From Candidatus Omnitrophota bacterium (GTDB lineage Bacteria > Omnitrophota > Gorgyraeia > Gygaellales > Profunditerraquicolaceae): a DNA stretch of 56,298 nt. The stretch covers positions 1-56,298 of the forward strand of contig QNCD01000002.1 in assembly GCA_003644385.1 (NCBI GenBank), read 5' to 3'. Positions 17,645-25,900 of this stretch are shown here, one piece after another (position 1 is the first letter of the stretch; each line of letters opens with the position of its first letter). A program made the position numbers and the translations under genes. The notes beneath the pieces are model-generated. The model ran no database searches, was not told the origin of the DNA, and worked only from the letters and a program-made list of their open reading frames with translations.

Positions 17645-18139
17645 TTAATAAACATTAGCTTCAAACCCACTATTATAATCACCATTATCTCCTGAATTCG
17701 CTCCAATGTCGTCTGAGGCATCATATCCAGCATCATCAGTTGAGTAATCCGATCCATAGTCAAGAGAATCATAGCCTGATACTGCAGTTGCATCTTCACT
17801 GCTATCAAAAGAACTATCATAACTTAAATCATAACTTGAGTCATAACCTATATTATCTCCATTATCAACCCCAGTATTGATATCATTATCAATTGTCGAA
17901 TCATATGTAGCATCATGCTGTCGGCAGTAATTCATATCGTCTGCATAATCAACTTTATTACGTATCTCTACAAACTGAGCACTCTTTATAAAGTCGCCAG
18001 CATTAACAGGCAGATTAGTCCAAGAAGGTGCACCTAATAACAAATCAGAATATACTATTTCAATATTCGTTTGTATCTCGTCAATAATGTCATCAAGTTC
18101 AATATCACCCACTAAAATTGAAGTCCAAGAAAATCCCAT
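17645..18139 (-). CDS. hyper-acidic Tyr/Asp/Ser-repeat protein, paralogue of 17239..17634
   Basis: 164 aa with two copies of the SWT...I..EI(Q/R).N motif, then MNYC followed by GYDSSYDLSYDSSFDSS...GYDSLDYGSDYSTDDAGYDASDD. Confidence 0.6.
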   Translation of the reverse strand: MGFSWTSILVGDIELDDIIDEIQTNIEIVYSDLLLGAPSWTNLPVNAGDFIKSAQFVEIRNKVDYADDMNYCRQHDATYDSTIDNDINTGVDNGDNIGYDSSYDLSYDSSFDSSEDATAVSGYDSLDYGSDYSTDDAGYDASDDIGANSGDNGDYNSGFEANVY

Positions 18140-19201
18140 TTATCTCACCATCACCAATGCCCAAATTCTTTTTTTCTGTTTAGGCAATAAATCCTCAAGT
18201 GCTTTAGCTACAACCGCTCCAATAGGATTCCCTCTCATGGCATAGCCTTTTATATTACTTGTAGTTAACAAATCACCAACTGTCACAGGACCAATTGTCT
18301 TAACTTTAACCCTACCAGAGATAGCCACTGGCACATAGCCTTTCTCAATAGCTTTCTCAATTGATTTTTCATTTTCTCCTCCAAGACAGTACCCAAAAGT
18401 ATCAGAATAAACACCAACCACCCTTTTGTCCCCAATAATATCAGTTCTTCCTACTCTACCATTTTCCCAGATTAATACATCACCAGGTTTTAAAGACTCA
18501 CTTGCTGGCATTAATTCTGCAAGATCATTATAAACAGCTCTCCATACTTTAGCAGAATCATCAATAATGGTATAAGAAGTGCCGCCAGAATCATTTTTAA
18601 TCAGCAATTTACCAGAAGCAAGTTCTATTTGAGCGGTAATCATTGGTGCTCCTGAATGGCCTTCGGCAAGTGCTGTAAAGTTGTCTTGATTCTGAGTCAT
18701 TTTTGTTGAAGTTAATAGTGAGCCAGAAGGATAAGTCAAATCTGTCCAAGTACCTCTAATAAATCTTGGTCCAAGTTTATAGCTGAGTTCAAGATAGCAA
18801 TCAGGACAGACAATAGGCATCCTATTCGTACCCAACTCTGACAAAGAAGGCAAATATATCCAGCCAGGATAGCCAATACCATAGATCTTCTCCTTGTGCT
18901 TCTTTCCACATCTTGAACACCTGACTATTCGAGGCTCTCTAACTGTTATCTTATTGCTTATTTTCTTTAGACAATCTGGACAAACTTCAGGAGCTTTGCC
19001 TTCAATATCTAAACTGATCGGGAGAATTGCCCATCCAAAGAAGCCTTCATTCGGATATGACTCTTTGACGTGCTTTTTACAGAAATGACAATCTGCTGTG
19101 CGGAGATATTCATTATTCCATCTTAATGGTCTTACTTTATGTTTAACTTTCCACTTTTGCCATTTTTCTTTAATTAAACTTTCAATTGTTTGTTTGTTCA
19201 T
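18140..19201 (-). CDS. tail fibre-like protein: duplicated zinc-ribbon N-terminal region and peptidase G2/IMC-like C-terminal region
   Basis: Two tandem modules: CHFCKKH...GW..LP...CPDC and CSRCGKKH...GW..LP...CPDC. The TWTDL...LTSTKMTQNQDNF motif resembles tail-fibre motifs. C-terminal NDLAELM..GDVLIWENG..RVVGVYSD resembles the DYAEMF..G.fV..ilGvvS pattern. Confidence 0.45.
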   Translation of the reverse strand: MNKQTIESLIKEKWQKWKVKHKVRPLRWNNEYLRTADCHFCKKHVKESYPNEGFFGWAILPISLDIEGKAPEVCPDCLKKISNKITVREPRIVRCSRCGKKHKEKIYGIGYPGWIYLPSLSELGTNRMPIVCPDCYLELSYKLGPRFIRGTWTDLTYPSGSLLTSTKMTQNQDNFTALAEGHSGAPMITAQIELASGKLLIKNDSGGTSYTIIDDSAKVWRAVYNDLAELMPASESLKPGDVLIWENGRVGRTDIIGDKRVVGVYSDTFGYCLGGENEKSIEKAIEKGYVPVAISGRVKVKTIGPVTVGDLLTTSNIKGYAMRGNPIGAVVAKALEDLLPKQKKRIWALVMVR

Positions 19202-19246
19202 TATTAAATACTCCTTCTAATTTAAAATGTTTATTCCTGTTAATAT

Positions 19247-20959
19247 TTATAAACTCAATAGCTTCCGCAATGGAAACTCATATCCTGTTGCTTGTGAATC
19301 CGCTTCATAAAACCAGAGTGCACCCCAAGAAAAATCTTTTGAATAAGCACGAGCTCTATCCATTGATACCAACAAGTATCTTGTTTCACCCTGTCGATAA
19401 TAAGGGATAATCATTGGATGAGGATGTCGATGACCTGTTTTAACATTTATGGTTATATTAGAAACAGAAGTAAGATTAGGATAATCCCAATAACCAAAAT
19501 TATCACTATTATTGGAAACAACATAATATGTGCCATTGACTTTCACAATTTTTGTTCCTTCCGCCTCTGTTGCCAAGGAGCTACTTGCAACAGCAGACCA
19601 GCTTGTAAAATCTCCTGTACTTTCTGCAACAGCTACTGTTCCTATTCCTTTAATATATGCAATACGCCATTTTTCCACACTATCATCATAAATAACAAAT
19701 GGGTCATAGACATGTACAGTACCTGTTCCTGGTAGTGAACAAGAAGAGCTCAGAAGATAATGAATTCCGGTTAATAAATTTTCTCTGGCTTCACTATATT
19801 CAACAGTACAATATGTGTTATCGCCTAACCGTTGCGCTCCCCAAGTAGACCAAAACACATACCACTTTTCTGCATCTTGGTCAAAAAATATATGAGAAGC
19901 ATGGTCTGGACGAGTCTTGCCATTACTATTCTCTCTAAATAACAAAGACTCAAGACAGATATCATAAGAGCGCGGATTAAAGCTGATAATCCCTTGGCAA
20001 GAAGTTCTTATACTCCATCCTGCCAGAGTAACTCCTAAAAAAATTCTTCCATTTTGTATAAGGGGAGCTCCGTCTTTCCATGTAATCACAGTAGGATCAC
20101 GCATGCCCAATGGAGTAAACTGATAGATAGTAAAGTTATTGAATGTACACGAATTAGTATCAGCCAAACGGTAACCGAAACCAATATCCCAATCATCTCT
20201 TACTGCCGGATCTAACAAGTCAATCTCAGTCCAGCTATGTGTGCCAACAAAGTGCCAATCTTTATTGTTCTCTCGTGTAAAGATTGCAATGTCATTCCCA
20301 GCCATCAAAACTCCCAGCTCATAAGGTGGAGTTGGTATTGCTGCTTCAATCGTAGTAGCAGCTCCAGTTCCACCAAACATTTCATATACTTCTACTCTAC
20401 TTTGAACCTTATTCACAACTATAACTATGTAATTATTCACATCTTTGTCAATACAAATCATCACATTACGAGAACCCGATGTACCAGAAATGGATTCCAC
20501 ATCCAATTTTATAAATTGGAATGGATGCTGTCCTGTCCCTCTAACTAAAAAATGTTCTTCACTATCTGCCCCTGTTGAATTCGTGATTGTTAATTGTCCA
20601 TCATTAATAGATTTAGTAGAAGCAGATCCTGTAGTTACAATCGATTTGAAATAATTTGTATTAGTTGAATCAAATAAATTAGCTCTAAAATTCGACCTGT
20701 GCTGAATTCTATCATCAATAAGACGGAGTATTTCACGACTAACATTCATAGTATTGAAAGTAAGAGAGCCAATATCAGTACCTCCACTAAGAGACTGGGT
20801 GACTTCTGAATACAAATAATATTTTCCTTTAAATAATGACACATTGTCAGCAGAGTGAAAGTTAAAGTCCAAGTCAGCACGAAGTTTACCACCATCTCTC
20901 AGATCCTTATGGTGTGCATTTGAATCTTTTATGTGAGCTTGTAAGTCTATTAATGCCAT
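19247..20959 (-). CDS. tail spike/fibre with C-terminal beta-propeller glycoside-hydrolase-like domain
   Basis: C-terminal half has repeated blade-like motifs: YDPFVIYDDSVEKWRIAY, EGTKIVKVNGTYYVVSN and EKWYVFWSTWG, as in GH43/GH32-type five-bladed propellers. Located in the tail-tip region. Confidence 0.45.
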   Translation of the reverse strand: MALIDLQAHIKDSNAHHKDLRDGGKLRADLDFNFHSADNVSLFKGKYYLYSEVTQSLSGGTDIGSLTFNTMNVSREILRLIDDRIQHRSNFRANLFDSTNTNYFKSIVTTGSASTKSINDGQLTITNSTGADSEEHFLVRGTGQHPFQFIKLDVESISGTSGSRNVMICIDKDVNNYIVIVVNKVQSRVEVYEMFGGTGAATTIEAAIPTPPYELGVLMAGNDIAIFTRENNKDWHFVGTHSWTEIDLLDPAVRDDWDIGFGYRLADTNSCTFNNFTIYQFTPLGMRDPTVITWKDGAPLIQNGRIFLGVTLAGWSIRTSCQGIISFNPRSYDICLESLLFRENSNGKTRPDHASHIFFDQDAEKWYVFWSTWGAQRLGDNTYCTVEYSEARENLLTGIHYLLSSSCSLPGTGTVHVYDPFVIYDDSVEKWRIAYIKGIGTVAVAESTGDFTSWSAVASSSLATEAEGTKIVKVNGTYYVVSNNSDNFGYWDYPNLTSVSNITINVKTGHRHPHPMIIPYYRQGETRYLLVSMDRARAYSKDFSWGALWFYEADSQATGYEFPLRKLLSL

Positions 20960-20968
20960 TTCTACCTC

Positions 20969-22603
20969 TCAATATAATGGATTATAGTCTTGGTCCAAAA
21001 GTCCATAATATGCATCATCCAGCCAAAAAGCAACTAAAGCCTCATCACTAATTTCTCTTGCTTTAAATTTAACCAAACCTGTTCTCAAATCTATCGATTC
21101 AATTTCTTCAACTCTTGCTGGATTTGTGTTCAAACCTTTTAAATCTTCAGTTACAGTAATATCATCACCCAACTGGAGTAAATAACCTACCATTGTTGCT
21201 GTGATGCTTAAGACTTCTAAAGGCTGTTTGTTCTTATCAACTACCCTATCAGCGTAACTTTTAGCACTTCCTGAGGTGCTGTGCCAAACTACTTTATTTT
21301 CAATTATCTTTTCTTTTATTCCATAGTTTGATTGGCTTGTAGCATCTTCTGCGGTATAGCTACCAGTAAAATCATCTGAATCTGGATCGTAGCCATAATA
21401 ACACACAGCCTTGTTTATCAAGTTACCTTTGTCCAAAGAAGCATCAATTTGAATACAGTTGCTTCTATTAAAATCAATTAATTCTCCTGGTGCATATGGA
21501 GGTATTGGTCGCTTAAAATGAAACTTACCGTCTCCATCTACCCAGATATAACTATTAGTTAACTCTGCAATCATAGACAAAGCAGTTTTAATTGTGTGTC
21601 CGGTAAATCTGGCTTTCAATCTGAAACTCAAAGTGTCACAATCTTCCTTCCACTGAGACCAGCTACTATAGTCAATATCTTCATTGTAAATACTGGTCGT
21701 TGGATCTAATTTCCCCTGATTTACTAAAATATCCCAAACCAAATCAGCAGGATTCCAATCACTACTATAATAATCCATAGGACTTTGGCCACTTCCAAGT
21801 TCTTTTTCCAACATAGGGAGCATTCTATCTTTTATGTGCAAAGATATTTTAGCTCCACTGTGATAAACACTTTCAACAGTGCCAGTAAATACATCCATAT
21901 ATTCGTCACTACCCACAAACTGAAGTCGCAATTTGCCCAGCTTACCCAAGTTCGTTTTATCTTCTAAGAAAATATTCCAATCTTTATTTATGTTACTCAA
22001 TTCTATCGATGCGAATCCAGAAGTAATTTCAGTGCTTCGTGAAATCTGTGAAATACCAATTAGCAAATCTTCTCCAGCCCTCTTTAAAGAGATATCATCA
22101 AAATAAACTTGTCCAGAGGTTTCATTCGCCAATTCAAAATAAACCCAGTTATCCTCAACGGTTGGCTCACCTGAAGCTTCTGAATATTCCCAATCTGTAT
22201 TTGCTTCAATGATTTTAGCTTCTGCCCAATAATCATCTACCGGATTGTAAACTCTTGCATAAGCTGCTCCTGTAGTCCTTTCAGGAAAATATATCCAAGC
22301 ACTGACTAAATGTGGCTTATTGGTTTCCAGAGTTACTTTCTGATAACCTCCAAACCCTCTTCTGTCGTTAATCTGAGTTGCCAATTTAGCTGCATAATAA
22401 TCACTATGATAAACATAATCTTCTTTATACAAATCCCTAACTGTATCCAAAATATTCCATTCATTCCACTGGTCCAATAAATTACCTGTCCATTCTTCCA
22501 AACCCCCATCCACAACTAACTCATCCCCAAAAAGAAACCTGATAAAAGGTTTATTTACTTTAGCTTCTAAGTTGTTTCTAAAACTGTCAGATACTGATTG
22601 CAC
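20969..22603 (-). CDS. tail tip/baseplate protein with N-terminal carbohydrate-binding-module-like domain
   Basis: The N-terminal ~170 aa (DGGLEEWTG...VSAWIYF...VYFDDISL) resembles a CBM4/9-type jelly roll. The remainder is a large ORF directly after the tape measure and a 122-aa protein. Confidence 0.45.
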   Translation of the reverse strand: MQSVSDSFRNNLEAKVNKPFIRFLFGDELVVDGGLEEWTGNLLDQWNEWNILDTVRDLYKEDYVYHSDYYAAKLATQINDRRGFGGYQKVTLETNKPHLVSAWIYFPERTTGAAYARVYNPVDDYWAEAKIIEANTDWEYSEASGEPTVEDNWVYFELANETSGQVYFDDISLKRAGEDLLIGISQISRSTEITSGFASIELSNINKDWNIFLEDKTNLGKLGKLRLQFVGSDEYMDVFTGTVESVYHSGAKISLHIKDRMLPMLEKELGSGQSPMDYYSSDWNPADLVWDILVNQGKLDPTTSIYNEDIDYSSWSQWKEDCDTLSFRLKARFTGHTIKTALSMIAELTNSYIWVDGDGKFHFKRPIPPYAPGELIDFNRSNCIQIDASLDKGNLINKAVCYYGYDPDSDDFTGSYTAEDATSQSNYGIKEKIIENKVVWHSTSGSAKSYADRVVDKNKQPLEVLSITATMVGYLLQLGDDITVTEDLKGLNTNPARVEEIESIDLRTGLVKFKAREISDEALVAFWLDDAYYGLLDQDYNPLY

Positions 22604-22971
22604 TAAGAAACCTCCCTTAGTATCAGTTCACCTTCGAAGTAAGTTTCCCAACCAGGGTCAAACATTGCTTGCAACGGTCTTTCTTCATTGATAATCCTAA
22701 CACTGATGCTATCTGTAGGATCATATTTTAAATCTGGATAAAAAGTTAACTTCGTTAAATTCTGCCACCAGCCCACAAATATGTCTCTATCGTCTCTACT
22801 TATCTTTGTTACAGGTACAACATACTTCCTTTTATTGCCCCATTCGTAGATATAAAGTTCACCATCTAAAGTTTTGTGAGCAGTTCTCGGTCTATCTTCA
22901 GGTACTTCAAAGCCTTTAGCAGGAGAAAATTCTATTGAAGTAACTCCATCAGTTAATTTCATTACTCTCAT
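22603..22971 (-). CDS. minor tail protein
   Basis: 122-aa ORF overlapping the tape-measure stop by 4 nt and coupled to the tip protein. Call is by position only. Confidence 0.4.
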   Translation of the reverse strand: MRVMKLTDGVTSIEFSPAKGFEVPEDRPRTAHKTLDGELYIYEWGNKRKYVVPVTKISRDDRDIFVGWWQNLTKLTFYPDLKYDPTDSISVRIINEERPLQAMFDPGWETYFEGELILREVS

Positions 22972-25900
22972 CTTGCCACCAGCTCTCCAACTAAGTCTGA
23001 GGATAAAATACCAGATCTTGCAGCATCTTTAATAGCAGGGATAAATTTTAGCCTAAATATGCGATTTATCTTGCTCTGGTCCAAATTCTCTAAATCAACA
23101 TTTGGCAATTCTATAGTTACATTAATATCACCAAATCTTATAATGTTACCAGCTCTCCCTCCAATCAATTTGACTGGCACTGCTCCTCCTTCTAAAGGAA
23201 TAATTGCTTCTGGTCTTCCTCCTTCTCCAACCAATCCTAAAGTTGGTTTAGTTACTATTGCTCCTCCTTGTGCTTCTAAAGGTTCAAATCCTCCTTTTGC
23301 CATTCCTCCTTTTTCAAAGCCAATAATCCCTGCTACGAGCCTGCCAATTCCTGCAACTACTGCTCCAGCTGCTGCCAGACCTAAAATCGGACCTACAAAA
23401 GGAATTCCTGCAAAAGCTGCATATGCTGCAGCTGCTGCTTTAGCTGTAAACAAAGCTATTTCTTTCATAACAGTGAAGACAGTTTTAGCCAACATAACTC
23501 CCATACCCCACAGATACTTAGCAACTATTGCTAAAATAGACTTCTCTTCCACTTTCTGTCTGGTTTTTGCACCTGCAATTGTAGCAAGAGTCATCATTAC
23601 TTGTTTAGCTATCCATTCACTTGCCATTTCAGCAACACTGCGGTAAAAAGATGTTTTAATTTCTTCCCAAATCCTATTTGTAAAATCTTCCCAAGTACTC
23701 AATCCTCTCATCCATTCTTCAACTACAGGCACAAATCTACCTTTCATATCCTCATAGAATCCTGCAAACATCTCTCTCCAGGTAATAGTACTTTCGAGAA
23801 TTTCGTCCGTAACTTCCCCAAGAGCAGTCTTTACTGGTGCAACTATTTTCTCCCACTCATAGAATTTTTTGTAAAACTTACTTACACTGCCTCTGGCTCT
23901 GTCCATTGCTTCAATTAAAGAATCTGTTGCTACAATCGTTGTACTAATTCCATATGCAGGTGCCTCTGGAAATTTACGAGACATTAAATCGTACATCTCA
24001 CCCCAAGATTGTCTCGCTCCTTCCATCCAGTAAATAAATTCAGAGCCTTTTGTGCTAATATCGGACAAGCCATAAGCTGGTGCTTCAGGAAACTTCCTGA
24101 AGAAAAGATTATAAAACTCCTGCCATGCTAACCGTGATTTTTCAATATAAGTAGCAAAATCTTTAGCCAATTCAATGAGCGTTGAAATTCCATACGCAGG
24201 AGCTTCTGGGAATTTGCGGGATAAAACATCGTAAAATTCTTTCCAAGCCATTCTTGCCTTCTCAATATGTACAGCGAAATCCTTAGACTTCTCTGTAATA
24301 TCTGGAATACCGTATGCAGGAGGCTCAGGAAACTTTCTGGACATAAGATTATACATCTCCTGATATTCTTGCCTTGCTCCTTCGATATATACAGCAAAGT
24401 CTTTGGATAATTCTATGATATTTGAAATACCATATGCTGGAGGTTCAGGAAACTTACGAGATAGGATATTATAGAACTCTTGCCAACCTAATCTCGCACT
24501 TTCTACCCAAATAGCAAAATCTTTAAGTTTCTCTGTAACATCTGAGATACCATAAGCTGGAGATTCGGGAAACTTTCTGGACATAAGGTCGTACATTTCT
24601 TGATATTTTCCTCTTGCTTCTTCAATATACATAGCAAAGTCCTTAGCCAAAGCCATAGTTGTGCTAAAACCATAAGCTGGAGCATCAGGGAATTTACGAG
24701 ACATTAGGTCATACATTTCTTGATATGCCAGCCTTGCTTTTTCAATATAACCAGCGAAGTCTTTAGACAGAAGTATAAGTCCAGCAAGCCCATAAGCTGG
24801 AGTTTCTGGAAATTTACGAAGTAATAGTTCATAAAACATCTGCCATTCTACTCTCGATTCTTCCACCCATTCAGCAAGTTCTAATCCTATTATTGATTCT
24901 ATATTCTCGTCTAATTTCACAAGTTCTTTATTCAAATTGCTCAATTCTCTCTTAAATTTTCCAGATTCTTCTGCTCCTTGACCAAATTCATCAGCAAGCT
25001 GACTTGTGCTACTGGCAGCATCTAAAGCTGACCTTGAAGTTTCATTTATATTTTTTTCAACTTCTTCTAAGCGATTTTCAAGAATTGTAAAAGCTCTATC
25101 AACACTTACTCCCACCATTTTAGGTAACTTTTCAGTTACTGGCTTGAAGCCTTCTAATAAAGGAGTCCAATCGGGAGGTTCAATCTTCTTAAACCAGTTT
25201 TTAGGATTTAATTTCTTTATTACCCAGCCGACCCAAGATGTAATATTTTTGCCTAAATTAGTAAAAACAGTTAGCACTGCCTTACCAGCATCAATAAATA
25301 TATTTGGGAAATTACTTATAAACCAATCAATAAAATTCCCAATATTGATACCAACTGATTTAAAACTTTCAATTATTATTCTACCAAACCATTCAATATA
25401 TGCACCCGCTTTCTGAACAGACTTTCTAAAAGTTTCACTTCTTTGATATAACAAATACAAACCAGCAGCTGCTACAGTAAGTCCCAGTATAATCCACCCA
25501 CCAGGCCCCATTCCAGCAAAAGCTGCCATCAATGCTGGACCTAACTTTGATAAAACTGAAATAAAGAAACCTATTGCTCCCACAGTTTTCATTATTGTAG
25601 GAGCCATCATTAATAAAGGTCCTCCAACTGCTAATAACCCTCCCAATACCATAGCAAATTTAACAAGTGCTGAAGTAATTTTAGGATGAGCTTTCGTCCA
25701 TTCTCCAATACTTCTAACTATATCCTTTATGTTTTTAATCATAGGAGTTAAAGTGGGCAATAGCACATCACCAAGGACTAATTGTACTTCTTCAACTGCT
25801 GATTTCAATAACTTTAAAGTGCCTTGCCATGTGTTAATTTGTCTTTCTGACATCTCAGCAGCTTTATTCGTCCCTGTAATTCTATTTTCAAGTTCTTTAA

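Noticed and set aside
17635-17820. 61-aa minus-strand ORF overlapping the 164-aa acidic protein gene in another frame
   Set aside because: It is fully nested in 17645..18139, which has a paralogue next door and a proper upstream context. The nested product (M/I/L/Q-rich) is a frame artefact of the GAT/TAT-rich repeat.
23059-23646. 195-aa plus-strand ORF (and neighbours 23601..23918, 25006..25416, 25729..26205, 26557..26760) inside the tape measure region
   Set aside because: They are antisense to a 1288-aa gene with clear tape-measure motifs. Their Pro/Ala/Ser/Ile-rich low-complexity products are what the reverse frame of Gly/Ala-rich coding sequence yields. No RBS context is present.
24128-24685. 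Minus-strand alternative-frame ORFs 24128..24397 and 24503..24685
   Set aside because: They lie entirely within the 120-bp repeat array of the tape measure. The repeat periodicity keeps a second frame open by chance, and the products are repetitive and share no start context.
23930-24890. Regular 120-bp repeats as a possible CRISPR array or satellite
   Set aside because: The units are contiguous with no unique spacers. They are in frame within one long ORF and are conserved at the protein level (RKFPExPAYG). They are coding tandem repeats, not CRISPR.
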